Shown one piece after another: positions 24,419 through 35,446 of a stretch of 64,000 nt of DNA (the stretch's first letter is position 1; the number at the start of each line of letters is the position of its first letter). The position numbers and the translations under genes were made by a program. The notes under the pieces were generated by a model. It was given only the letters and a program-made list of their open reading frames with translations. It was not told the DNA's origin and searched no databases. Source of the stretch: an uncultured Actinomycetota bacterium (lineage in GTDB: Bacteria; Actinomycetota; Actinomycetes; JACCUZ01); contig CAVSKC010000002.1 in the NCBI GenBank assembly GCA_963728425.1, forward strand, positions 74,806-138,805, given 5' to 3'.

Positions 24419-26128
24419 ATGAGGGCGCGGCCGGTGCCGCGCCCTCCGTCGACGTGCCCGCCCAGTCGCGGCGGCCCGCTGCAACTCGGGCCGGCCTTCG
24501 CCCGCAGCCCGGTGGCGATGGGCGTGGTCGACGCCTTCGGCAGGCTGCTCGCCGTCAACCAGGCGCTGGGCGACTACCTGGGCCGGTCGCCGGCCAAGCC
24601 TTGGTCGGTACGACGTTGCACGCGCACGCCTCGGCCGACGACGTGGGCCGGCTGCGCACCGGGACCTCGGAGCGACGGCTGCGGCACGCCCGCGGCCATG
24701 ACCTGTGGGCCGTCGTGTCCGCGGTGCCGATGCCGGAGGCGGGCGACGGCGCGACCCTGGTCTGCCTGGACGACGCCACCAGCCGGCGCAACACCGAGCG
24801 GATGCTGCTGCACGCCGCCCTGCACGACAGCCTGACCAACCTGCCCAACCGGCGGCTGCTGCGGGACCGGCTCGACACCGCGCTGAGCCGGGCCCGGCGG
24901 TCGACCGAGCGGGTGGCGGTGCTGTTCGTCGACCTGGACCGCTTCAAGGCCGTCAACGACACGTTCGGCCACGACGTCGGCGACGAGGTGCTGGTGTCGG
25001 TGGCGAAGGGCATCCTCGGCGCGCTGCGGTCCAAGGACACGGTGGCCCGGCTGGGCGGCGACGAGTTCGTGGTCGATCGCGCGAGGAGCTGGGCGACGAC
25101 GAGGACCTGGGCCGGCTGGTCGCGCGGCTGGTCGACGGCATCAGCCGGCCGGTGACACGTGCACGGGCGCGAGGTGTCGGTGTCGGCGAGCATCGGGGTG
25201 GCGATCGCCGTCGCCGGACGCCGACACCGGCGACGAGCTGCTGCGGCTGGCCGACCTGGCGATGCTGCGGGCCAAGCAGCACCCGGAGCTGGCCTACGTG
25301 GTGGCCGACGAGTCGGTGGGCGACGAGCTCAACGGTGACCCGCGCGAGGGCGCGCGGCCTGACCGCCGAGCTGCGGCACGCGATCCAGGCCGACCTGCTC
25401 GAGCTGCACTACCAGCCGGTGGTACGCGTCGACGGGCACCTGATGGGGCTCGAGGCGCTGCTGCGCTGGCAGCACCCGCGGCTCGGGATGCTGCTGCCCG
25501 AGGACTTCCTGCCGCGGGTGGCCGGCACCGAGCTGGCCGGGTCGCTGTCCGACTGGGTGCTGCGGGCCGCCGTACGCGACGCCGCGAGCTGGCACGACCC
25601 GAGCCTGCGGGTCAGCGTGAACATGTGGGCCGGCGAGGTGGCCCGGCCGGGCTTCTCCGACACGGTGGCGATGCTGCTGACCTGGGCCGGGCTGCAGGCG
25701 GGCGGGCTGTATCTCGAGCTGCACGAGCGCGACCTGCCGGAGGCCGGCCCGTCCCTGGGCGACGAGCTGGACCGGCTGCGGCGGATGGGCGTCGGCCTGG
25801 CGATCGACGACTTCGGCTCCGGCGGCACGTCGCTGGCCGGGCTGCGGCGGCTGCCGGTCGACACGCTGAAGGTGGACCGGTCGTTCGTGCAGGGCTGCGT
25901 CGACGACCCGGAGGACGGCGCGGTGGTGGCGGCGGTGGCGACCGCGGCCCGCGCGGCCGGGCGGCACCCGCTGGCGACGGGCGTCGAGACCGCGGCCCAG
26001 CTGCGGCGTGCTGCGGCGGCTCGGCTACGAGAGCGTGCAGGGCTACCTCACCGGTGCCCCGGCGCCGGCTGATCGACCTGCGCGACGTCATCGCCAGCCG
26101 CCAGATCGCGCTCCCCGCGACCAGCTGA
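24419..26128 (+). pseudogene. PAS-GGDEF-EAL signalling protein, about 7 frameshifts
   Basis: Pieces lie in ORFs 24419..24835 (PAS: SPVAMGVVDAFGRLLAVNQALGDYLG), 24328..25155 (GGDEF: VLFVDLDRFKAVNDTFGHDVGDEVL...LGGDEFVV), 24705..26072 (EAL: LELHYQPVV...LEALLRWQHP...LAIDDFGSGGTSL), 25262..26128 and 26008..26343. The start is uncertain. Confidence 0.8.
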
Positions 26129-26153
26129 GTCGGCGCGGCCGAGGGAGCGGGAC

Positions 26154-27761
26154 TCAGCCGTCGCCGAGGTCGGGCAGCACTTGGTCCTGGTGCAGCACGG
26201 CGGCAAACAGGTCGCCCTGCTCCCGCAGCCGTGTCGGGACGTCGCGGATGGTGAACCCGTCCGGCCGCAGAGCCGGGTCGTCGAGCTCGTCCCAGCCGAT
26301 CGGCATCGACACCGGGGCGCCCGCCGCGGCGCGCGGGCTGTAGGGCGCGACCAGGGTCTTGTTCACCGCGTTCTGGGTGTAGTCCAGCCGGGCCTGCCCG
26401 CCGCGGGAGCTCACCTCCCACTTCCAGCTCACCAGCTCGGGCACCACGGCGCCGACGGTCTTGGACAGCTGCTCGGCCCAGGCGCGGGTCTCGGTGAAGC
26501 TCGGCCCGCGGCTGATCGGCACCCAGATCTGGATGCCCTGCCGGCCGGTCACCTTGGCCACGGCCCGGACCCCGAGGTGCTCCAGCGCGGTGCGGTGCAG
26601 CCGGGCCAGCACCAGCACGTCGTCCCAGGTCGTGCGGGTTCCGGGGTCGATGTCGAGCATCACGTACGTCGGGAGGTCGGGCTCGTCGGTGCGCGAGGTC
26701 CAGGCGTGCCACTCGAGTGCGCCGAAGTTCGCGCACCACACCAGCGCGGCCGGCTCGTCGACCACGACGTAGGTGGCGGTCTCGCCCTTGTCGGCCTTCG
26801 GGTTGTCCCAGCCGGTCACCCAGTCGGGGGCGTGCTTGGGGCGGGCCTTGTGCCAGAAGCCGTTCGACCCGGCGCCGTCAGGGAAGCGGTGCATGTTCAG
26901 CGCCCGGCCCCGCAGGTAGGGCAGCACCGTCGGCGCGACCTCGGCCGTGTAGCGCAGCAGCTCGCGCTTGGTGACCGTTCTTCTGCTTGCCGCGGGCCGG
27001 GAAGAGCACCTTGTCGAGGTTGCTGACCTTCAGCGACCTGCCGAAGACGTCCCAGCTGCCGCCGGTCGCCTTCAGGTCGGCAAGCGCGTCCAGCTCGTCC
27101 GCGGTCACGCTCGGGCCACGCCACCTGCTCGGCCGCCTCGGCGGCGGGCCGGTCGCTGTGCCAGAGCAGGTCCGGCGCGGCCGCGACCTCCTCGTTGGTC
27201 CGGCCGCTGAGCACCGACTGCGGGTGGTCCTCCGGGTCCCAGCCCTCCTCGGCGTGGTCGTCGTGCTTGTGCAGCAGCAGCCACTCCTCCTTGTCGCCGT
27301 CCCGGGAGCGTCCCTTGTCCCGACGCACCAGCACCAGCCGGCCGCGCAGCTTCTCGCCGTGCATCTCGGCGTGCAGCTCGCCGGCCTCCACCGCCGCCGC
27401 CGGGTCGTCGGTGCCGTGCGGCTCCCAGGTGCCGCGGTCCCAGACGATGACGTCGCCGCCGCCGTACTCGCCGGCCGGGATCACCCCCTCGAAGTCGGCG
27501 TACTCCACCGGGTGGTCCTCGACGTGCACCGCCATGTGCCGCACCGACGGGTCCAGCGTCGGCCCGCGCGGCACCGCCCAGCTGACCAGCACGCCGTCGA
27601 TCTCGAAGCGGAGGTCGTAGTGCAGCCGCCGGGCCCGGTGCCGCTGGACGACGAAGCGCCGGCCACCGGACGGCTGGCCGGCGTTCGTCACCTGCGGGCT
27701 CCGGCGTACGGCCGAAGGAACGCTTGTCGCGGTAGCGCCCGAGCTTGTCCGCCGGGCTCAC
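26154..27761 (-). pseudogene. ligD: LigD-type two-domain NHEJ protein (3'-phosphoesterase plus polymerase/primase, no ligase domain); three frameshifts (about 27695, 27110, 26970)
   Basis: GTG at 27759-27761 (GTGA overlap with the SDR stop). LGRYRDKRSFGRTPEPAG, then RRFVVQRHRARRLHYDLRFEIDGVLVSWAVPRGP (ORF 26897..27691). Then GSWDVFGRSLKVSNLDKVLFP (ORF 26878..27108). Then the Pol domain ...ALNMHRFPDG...MLDIDP...TGRQGIQIWVP (ORF 26154..26927). Confidence 0.85.
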
Positions 27762-28597
27762 AGGATCGGTCGTCCTCCCGTGACCGCGACCCGGGCGCCG
27801 GAGATGTAGCTGGCCTCGTCGGAGGCAAGCAGGACGTAGACGGGGGCGAGCTCGGCCGGCTGGCCGGCCCGCCCGAGCGGGGTGTCGCTGCCGAACTTCT
27901 CGACTCGCTCCGGCGGCATCGTCGCGGGGATCAGCGGCGTCCAGACGGGGCCCGGCGCGACGCTGTTGACCCGGATGCCGCGCTCCCCGAGCATCTGCGC
28001 GAGGCTGGCGCACAGGTTGGCGATCGCGGCCTTGGTGGCCGCGTACGGCGCCAGGGTGGGCGACGGCATGTCGGAGTTGACCGACGAGCTGCCGATGATC
28101 GACCCGCCGGCCGGCATGTGCGGCACCGCTGCCTTGCAGAGATGGAACATCGCCGAGACGTTGGTGGCGAAGGTGTGGTCCCACTCCTCGTCGGGGATGT
28201 CCTCGATCGCGTCGTGGTGCATCTGGTAGGCCGCGTTGCTCACCAGCACGTCGATCCTGCCGAGCTCGCGGACCGCCGTGTCGATGATGTCGCGGCAGTG
28301 CTGCGGCGAGGAGAGGTCGCCGGCGATGAGGACGGCTCGTTGGCCGGCCTCCTCGACCAGCCGGGCGGTGTCCTTGGCGTCCTCGTGCTCCTCCAGGTAG
28401 GAGATGACGACGTCGGCGCCCTCGCGCGCGTAGGCGATCGCGACGGCGCGGCCGATGCCGCTGTCGCCGCCGGTGATGACGGCGGCCTTGCCGGTCAGCC
28501 GGCCTGACCCGCGGTAGCTGTCCTCGCCGCAGTCGGGTTCCGGGGTCATCTCGGACTGGGTGCCGGGGGGTGTCTGCTGCTGCGCCGGCTGGCTCAT
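27758..28597 (-). CDS. SDR family oxidoreductase (YhdF/general-stress-protein-39-like)
   Basis: Track ORF, intact. It has the TGGDSGIG, NAAYQ and YAATKAAI motifs. Confidence 0.85.
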   Translation of the reverse strand: MSQPAQQQTPPGTQSEMTPEPDCGEDSYRGSGRLTGKAAVITGGDSGIGRAVAIAYAREGADVVISYLEEHEDAKDTARLVEEAGQRAVLIAGDLSSPQHCRDIIDTAVRELGRIDVLVSNAAYQMHHDAIEDIPDEEWDHTFATNVSAMFHLCKAAVPHMPAGGSIIGSSSVNSDMPSPTLAPYAATKAAIANLCASLAQMLGERGIRVNSVAPGPVWTPLIPATMPPERVEKFGSDTPLGRAGQPAELAPVYVLLASDEASYISGARVAVTGGRPIL

Positions 28598-28835
28598 GGC
28601 GGCCTCCGTGGACTGCTCGGTTGCGCGGACAAGATTGCGTTACCCCGGTGCACGCGCGCTACGCCGCGCTAGTTGCCGACCGCCGCGAGCAGGCCGTTCG
28701 GCAACATGGCGATGGGCCCCTGGGACGTGGGATAATGACCGCCATCACCGGTGGCGCAGCACAGCAGCTCCGGGGTCGGCTCCCTCACCCTACCGGGGCC
28801 ACGGCCGCTGCCGCGGCCAGGTCGATGGAGATCCC

Positions 28836-29228
28836 ATGACCCTGCCGGATCATTTCTCTGTCAGCTCGGACTCGTCCCCTGGCGTCGTCACCGTCGTCGT
28901 CACGGGCGAGGTCGACCTCGACACCGCACCCGCCGTGCGGGACGAGGTGCTCCGGCACCTGCACGGCGGCGTCGCGGTGCACCTCGACCTCGGCGACGTC
29001 ACGTTCATGGACAGCAGCGGGCTGCACGTGCTGCTCGCTGCCACGCGCCAAGCCTCGCTGGTCGGCGCCGAGCTGCGGATGGTGCGGGTGTCCGCCCGGG
29101 TGCAGCGGCTGCTCGAGCTCACCGGCACCGAGGCGGTGCTGCAGCAGGCGGCCGCGCCTTCCGAGCCCGCCTCGATCCCGTCGCAGGGCGCGGGCCAGTC
29201 CGACGACGGACGGTTGGCTCAGTCGTAG
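28836..29228 (+). CDS. STAS-domain anti-sigma-factor antagonist
   Basis: ATG at 28836 in the frame of track ORF 28560..29228. VVTVVVTGEVDLDTAPAVRDEVL...LDLGDVTFMDSSGLHVLLAA. Confidence 0.8.
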   Translation: MTLPDHFSVSSDSSPGVVTVVVTGEVDLDTAPAVRDEVLRHLHGGVAVHLDLGDVTFMDSSGLHVLLAATRQASLVGAELRMVRVSARVQRLLELTGTEAVLQQAAAPSEPASIPSQGAGQSDDGRLAQS

Positions 29229-29563
29229 CCGAGCGCGTGCAGGCGGTCGTCGTCGATGCCGAAGTGGTGCGCCACCTCGTGCACGACGGTGACGTGCACC
29301 TCCTCGACCACCTCGTTCTCGGTGTGAGCACATCCGCAGCGTGGGGTTGCGGAAGATGGTGATCCGGTCGGGCAGCGCCCCGCCGTACGCCCAGTCGCGC
29401 TCGGTCAGCGGCGTCCCTTCGTAGCAGCCCGAGCAGCTCGCGCTCGCCGTCCGGCGGCTCGTCCTCGACGAGCACCACCACGTTGTCCATCACCGCGGTC
29501 AGCTCGGGCGGGATCTCGTCGAGCGCGCAGCGCGACCAGCTCGTCGAACCGCTCCGGCTCCAT
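29219..29563 (-). pseudogene. Small zinc metallopeptidase (HExxH, DUF1025/zincin-like), three frameshifts
   Basis: Four pieces in successive frames: MEPERFDELV, ALDEIPPELTAVMDNVVVLVEDEPPDGERELLGL, YEGTPLTERDWAYGGALPDRITIFRNPTLRMCSH, and NEVVEEVHVTVVHEVAHHFGIDDDRLHALGYD. TGA at 29219-29221. Confidence 0.7.
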
Positions 29564-29670
29564 CTGCAGCACGCCGCCATTCTGGTACGCCGGGCATGCC
29601 GGCCGCGCTACGGTCACGCCGTCCGGCCTGCCGATTGCAGCCGAGACCGCTGATCGGGTAGGCAGGAGGC

Positions 29671-31319
29671 GTGACCGACGTGCCGACCGACGACGCGCCA
29701 CCGCCGCGCCGCCCGTGGTGGCGCACGCCGTGGTGGCGGGGCACCCGCGAGCGCAAGGCCCTGCTCATCGCCGAGGTCGTCCTGATCGGCCTGGTCGGCG
29801 GCTGGCTCGGCCTGCATCGCCGGCGGCACCCTGGACGCCGGCGTCGGCCCGCTGCGGACCCAGCTGTCGGTCCAGCCGTCGGTCCACGGCGGCAGCGTCC
29901 TGTCGATCCCGCCGCTGGGCGAGCTGCGGGTGCGACACCCACGCCGGGCCGTGGCGGCTCAACGCCGAGGTGACCCGGATCGACGCGGCCGACGCGCGGC
30001 GGATCTTCAGCGACCCGCCTCGGTGCAACGGGCTGGGCGAGAAGGTCGCCGACGGACCTCACCGGCGCGGTCATCACGGTGGCGATCAAGGCGGCGCTCG
30101 GCCACGGTCGCCGGCGGCCTCCTGCTCGGCGTCCTGGTGTTCCGCCGCCGCTGGCGGCTCGTGCTGCCTCGCGGTGCGGTCAGCGCGGCCGTGGTCATCG
30201 CGGGCGGCGCGGTCGCGCGCCCTCACCTGGGACCCGAAGGCGATCAACCAGCCGGAGTACGACGGACTGCTGGCCAGCGCACCGGGTGTCGTCGGCGACG
30301 CCGCAGGACATCGTGGCCAACTTCGAGCAAGTACGAGGACCAGCTGGCCGGCTGGTCACCAACGTGTCCCGGCTCTACGACGTGACGTCGACGCTGCCGG
30401 CGTACCAGCCAGATCCGTCGACGATCCGGGTGCTGTCGGTCTCGGACCTGCACCTGAACCCGGCGGCGTGGGACGTGATCCGGTCGGTGACCAAGCAGTT
30501 CAACATCGACGTGATCGTGGACTCGGGCGACCTCACCGACCACGGCAGCGCGCCGGAGAACGCCTACGTCGACGCAGATCGCGACGATGGGCGCGCCCTA
30601 CGTCTGGGTGCGCGGCAACCACGACTCGCTCGGTGACCGCAGGCCGCGGTCGCGGCGCAGCCCAACGCGGTCGTGCTCGACTCGACCACGCCGGTGGAGG
30701 TGGCGGGGCTGCGGTTCCTGGGCATCGGCGACCCGCGGTTCACCCCGGACAAGGACACCCGCGACGTGGCGGCGCCTTCGAGCGTGTCGCAGGTGGGGCA
30801 GCGCGCTGGCCCGGCGATGGCCGCGCAGCCGGCCGACGCGAACGGTCGACGTCGCGGTGGTGCACGACGGCGCGGCCGCCGACGAGATCGACGGCACCGT
30901 GCCCCTGGTGCTGTCCGGGCACTACCACCGGCGCGAGCAGCACCTGCTGCCCGGCGGGACGCTGCCGTTCTGGCAGGGCTCGACCGGCGCCTCCGGGCTG
31001 CGCGGGCTGGAGCACGAGAAGCCGACCCCGGTGCGCGCGTCGGTGCTCTACTTCGACCGGGACGACCCGGGCGCTGCAGGCGTGGGACGACATCACCCTG
31101 GGCGGGCTCGGGCTGGTGTCGGCCAAGATCGAGCGGCGGATCGTGGGGCAGCAGTTCCCCGAGCTGGCGCCGTTCGTGACGCCGTCGCCGACCGGGTCCC
31201 CGTCGTCCGGTACGCCGGTCCGCCCGCTGCCGTCGGCGTCGGCGCCTCCGGCGGTCGTGTGCCGCCGGCGTCGTCGGCGCCCGTGTCGGCGGTGCCGGCG
31301 GCGTCGGCCAGCCCGCTGA
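29671..31319 (+). pseudogene. Membrane-anchored metallophosphoesterase, at least 10 frameshifts
   Basis: Motifs are scattered over ORFs 29671, 29930, 29715, 30079, 30587 and 30673. The N-terminal TM is ALLIAEVVLIGLVGGWLGL. Then VLSVSDLHLNP, VDSGDLTDHG, VWVRGNHDS, VAVVHDG and LSGHYHRRE. The end point is uncertain. Confidence 0.7.
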
Positions 31320-31398
31320 TCGTGGGTTGCTTTGGTGCTCCCCGGGGGCGTCCCCTATGCTTTCCGGTCCCCGACGGCAAAGGACGCCGTGGGCCTCC

Positions 31399-31471
31399 GC
31401 CCTCATCGTCTAGAGGCCCAGGACGCTGCCCTTTCAAGGCGGTAGCACGGGTTCGAATCCCGTTGGGGGCA
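31399..31471 (+). tRNA. tRNA-Glu (anticodon TTC)
   Basis: GCCCTCATCGTCTAGAGGCCCAGGACGCTGCCCTTTCAAGGCGGTAGCACGGGTTCGAATCCCGTTGGGGGCA, 73 nt, full cloverleaf. Confidence 0.92.
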
Positions 31472-31484
31472 CGTAGTGATGCAA

Positions 31485-31559
31485 GGTCCTGTGGAGCAGC
31501 TTGGAGTGCTCGCCACCCTGTCAAGGTGGAGGCCGCGGGTTCAAATCCCGTCAGGACCG
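31485..31559 (+). tRNA. tRNA-Asp (anticodon GTC)
   Basis: GGTCCTGTGGAGCAGCTTGGAGTGCTCGCCACCCTGTCAAGGTGGAGGCCGCGGGTTCAAATCCCGTCAGGACCG, with anticodon loop CTGTCAA. Confidence 0.9.
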
Positions 31560-31586
31560 CTGGGCCGGCTCGTCGCCGGGTCCCTC

Positions 31587-31660
31587 GGCCAGGTAGCTCA
31601 GTTGGTACGAGCGTCCGACTGAAAATCGGAAGGTCGGCGGTTCGACCCCGCCCCTGGCCA
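31587..31660 (+). tRNA. tRNA-Phe (anticodon GAA); CCA encoded at 31661-31663
   Basis: GGCCAGGTAGCTCAGTTGGTACGAGCGTCCGACTGAAAATCGGAAGGTCGGCGGTTCGACCCCGCCCCTGGCCA, with anticodon loop CTGAAAA. Confidence 0.92.
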
Positions 31661-31856
31661 CCACAAATCCCCACCTCTTCGGCCGGCCAACCCCTCCGCG
31701 ACGAGCCGCGGGCGAGCGGGTCTCGTCGAGCATCCTGCCGCCGCCACACGGGACAAAGGCAGTGATTTCGGTCGCGATTCCCCCCACCGCTTGACGCTGG
31801 TTCGGCCCGGCAGGACTCTGACCGCATTCCGGATGGACCGGCCCAGGGAGGGCTAC

Positions 31857-33270
31857 ATGACCCAGACAGTTGGCGACGAGCTCGACACGCTTCGCGCGCT
31901 CATGAGCGGCAAGGTGCTCGTGCCGGGTGACGGTGACTACGACGAGGCGCGCCGGGTCTGGAACGCCGCGATCGACCGGCGACCGGCGGTCATCGCGCGG
32001 TGTACTTCGGCGGCTGACGTCGCCGCCGCCGTGACGTTTGCGGTTCAGCACGGCCTGGAGATCGCCGTCCGAGGTGGTGCACACGGAATCTCCGGCAAGG
32101 CCGTGGTCGACGACGGCCTGATGATCGAGTTGAGCGCGCTGAACTCGGTGGTCATCGACCCGGAGCGCCCGCCGCGCTCGGGTCGGCGGAGGAGCGTTGC
32201 TCGGCGACCTCATCGCGGCCGCCCAGGAGCATGGTCTCGCCACGCCTGTCGGCATGGTCGGTCACACCGGTGTGGGCGGGCTGACTCTGGGCGGCGGTAT
32301 GGGCTGGCTCACCCGCAAGCACGGCCTCAGCATCGACAACCTCGTCTCGGCTGAGGTCGTAACCGCGGACGGCCGGATCCTTCACACGAGCACTGACGAG
32401 AACCCCGACCTTTTCTGGGCGATCCGCGGCGGAGGCGGCAACTTCGGCGTCGTGACCGAGTTCGAGTTCGCACTGCACCCAGTCGGCCCCATGATCCAGG
32501 TCGCCCTCCAGTTCTGGAGCCTCGAACAAGGCAAGGAATACTTCCGGGTCGCACGCGATGTGTGTGCGTCACTTCCGCCAGACGTCAACGTCATCATCGG
32601 CGGCATCAACGCCCCGCCGGCGCCGTTCGTTCCTGCCGAGCACCACGGCAAGCCCGGCTACGTCGCCGTCACCGCCGGTTTCGGTCCGGAGGCCCAGCAC
32701 CAGGACGTTGTCAGTCGTTTCCGTGATTCCCTGCCGCCGCTGTGGGAGTTCGTCACACCCATGCCGTACCTGGGCCTGCAGACGATGCTCGACGAGGAAA
32801 ATGCCTGGGGGCAATACAACTACGACAATGGTTGCGCCCTCGAGGAGCTCACCGACGAGGTGATCGACGTTCTTACCGAGCACTTTCCGCTTAAGCAGTC
32901 ACCCGGTTCGGTCATGCTGTTCTACCGGCTCGATTCGGCTTACTCCGCCGTCGGTGACGACGAGACGGCATTCAGCGGAGTTCGCTCGCCCGGCTACATG
33001 TTGTTCACCATCGCGCTCTGCCCGTCACCGGAGGTGCTCGAGGCCGACCGGGCGTGGGTGCGCGGGCTGAACGCCGCGCTGGCTCCTCACGTAGTGACGC
33101 GCACCTACGTCAACGGACTCGACGAAGACAGCAGCGACATCCGAATTGCCTATGGGCCCGAGAAGTACGACCGGCTTGGGCGGATCAAGGCGAAGTACGA
33201 CCCCACCAACGTCTTCCGGCGCAATGCGAACATCAAGCCCGGGCTGCCGGAGCAACGGACCGGGTCCTAA
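31857..33270 (+). pseudogene. FAD-linked (BBE/VAO-type) oxidase; one frameshift near 32168
   Basis: ORF 31791..32354 (MTQTVGD...RCTSAADVAAAVTFAVQHGLEIAVRGGAHG) joins ORF 32197..33270 ([17 protein letters not shown]...[19 protein letters not shown]...[14 protein letters not shown]). Confidence 0.85.
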
Positions 33271-33367
33271 CCCCACATCGCCACGCCGAGGCGGCGTTCC
33301 GCCGTTCCCAGTCATGGTGAGCCACGCCTCGGGCTCACGACGCCGACGTCGTCGCTGTCGTAGCTAG

Positions 33368-35360
33368 GTGGTGAACGTGATTCGCCTTTCCATCGAGTTG
33401 TTCGGCGGGTTCCGCGTCAGCGTCGCCGAGCGCGCGGTGCCCGAGATGGCATGGCGCCGGCGGAAGCCGGCGGCGCTGATCAAGCGTACTGGCGCTTGCT
33501 CCTGGTCACCGGATGCACCGCGAGCAGCTCGGGGACGTCTTGTGGCCGGAGCTCGACGCTGCGGCAGCCGCCGCCAACCTGCGCAAGGCGCTGTACTACG
33601 CCCGCCGGGCTCTCGATAGCGGAGACGGTGTCCAGGTCCTCGGGTCGGACGCCGATCTCGTCTGGTTGCCGACGAATGGGCTATGGCTCGACATTGAGGC
33701 ATTTCGGATGGCGGTCGCCGCGGGCCGCCGGAGCAGAGATCCTGAGCGTTACCGGAGCGCCGTCGATCTGTACCGCGACGGCCTGCTGCCCGAGGACCGC
33801 TACGAGGAGTGGGCAGATGGGCCGCGCGAGGAGCTGCGGTCTGAGTACCTGTCGGCGCTCGAGGAGTTCGCGCGCCTGCTCGAGGCCGGCGGCGAGCTGG
33901 ACGACGCCGCGGCCGTCGCACGGCGGCTGATCGCGTCCGACCCGCTGCGAGAGGACAGCCATGCGACGTTGATCCGGCTGCACGCGCTGGCGGGACGGCG
34001 CGCCGAAGCGCTGCAGGCGTACGAGCAGCTACGGCGGCTTCTGGACGACGAGCTCGGCGTGGAGCCGTCGGCCGAGACCCAACGGCTGGTTGCGGAGGTC
34101 GGCGCCCGACAGGCGATCGAGCCCGAGCTCTCCGCCGACCTGTGGGAACGGGTGGGAGATCTACGTGTCATATCCGGCGACGCTGCCGGCGCCGCGCGGG
34201 CGTATGCGACGGCGCTTGATGTGGGCGGATCTGCCACGCCGGGGCGCCTGGAGCGCAAGTGCGCCGACGCCTGGTTGATGCGGCATCGTCCCGACGCCGC
34301 GGCGTCTCATCTTGCCGTTGCCGAGGTGCAGCCGGTGGCTGCCGGCGAGCGCAGCCGCCTGCTGCGGACCCGCGCGAACCTCGCCTGGGAGACCGGCGAT
34401 CTTTCAGCTGCGCGGACGTACGCCGAGCAGGCGCTCGCGGCCGCGCATCAGGACGGAACGGCCGACGACCTGGCTGCCGCACACGAGGCGCTGGCAATCG
34501 TGTCGCACTGCACGGGTGACTGGCGGCACGGTCTCGCGGCCGAGTTCAGCCGACTGACAGCGGAAGGTGACGACTCCACGGGACTCGCTCGCGTCTTCGA
34601 CATCCACCACTGCATCGGCCAATACCACCTTTACGGCGACGCCCTGTCCGACTCGGTCGAAAGCTACGCCCGTGAGCTGCTCGACCGCGCCGAGCAAGCC
34701 GGCGCGGCCCGCGCACAGGCGTTCGCGTGGTGCCTGCTCGGCGAGTCGACCCTGTTGCAGGGGCGCTTCGATGAGGCCGCCGGGTGTCTGGGCCGCAGCT
34801 GCGCGCTCTACGCCTCCGTCGACACCCGCTCGGGCGCGCTGGCCTGGCAACGACGCGCCGAGCTCGCGGCCTGCCGCGGCGTCTTCGACCAGACCGACGG
34901 CCACCTGGAGCAGGCGTCGTCGATCGCCACCATCTCGGCGATGGCGAGTCACCTGTGGGGACGCATCCACGCGACGCACGCGTTCGCCGCGGTGGAGCAG
35001 GGCGACCCGGACCGCGCCGTTCGGTCGGTGCGCGCCGCGGCCGCGGCCGCGGCCCGGTACGGGGACTGCCCCAGCTGCAGTGCATTGCTGAACCCGATCG
35101 CGGCCGAGGCGTTCGCGCTGCTCGGCGACGCCGCCAGTGCTCGCGTCTACGCCGACGCCGCGGCGCACGTCGCGACACTGTTCGACAGTTCGGCGTGGCG
35201 GGCCATGGCCGAGTCCGCGGCGGGCAGCGTCGCGGTCGCCGACGGCGACTTCGACACCGCCGCGACGAGCTTCGACTCCGCTCACACACTCTATGAGCGG
35301 GCGCGCCAGCCCTACTGGGCGGAGCGCTCGCTGCGGCTGGCCTCGGTCACCACCGGTTGA
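33368..35360 (+). pseudogene. SARP/AfsR-family regulator (OmpR-type winged helix, BTAD, TPR); one frameshift near 33481-33487
   Basis: ORF 33368..33619 (VVNVIRLSIELFGGFRVSV...RRRKPAALIK) joins ORF 33513..35360 (LAPGHRMHREQLGDVLWPE...YRDGLLPEDRYEEWA...HATLIRLHALAGRRAEALQAYEQLRRLLDDELGVEPS). Confidence 0.85.
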
Positions 35361-35446
35361 CCGAAGCCGAGGGAACGCGCAGGGAACGCGGCGTGCCTAC
35401 CGTCCACCTCATCAGTTTCGGTGAACGAGAAGAGAGGAGAGGCGTG

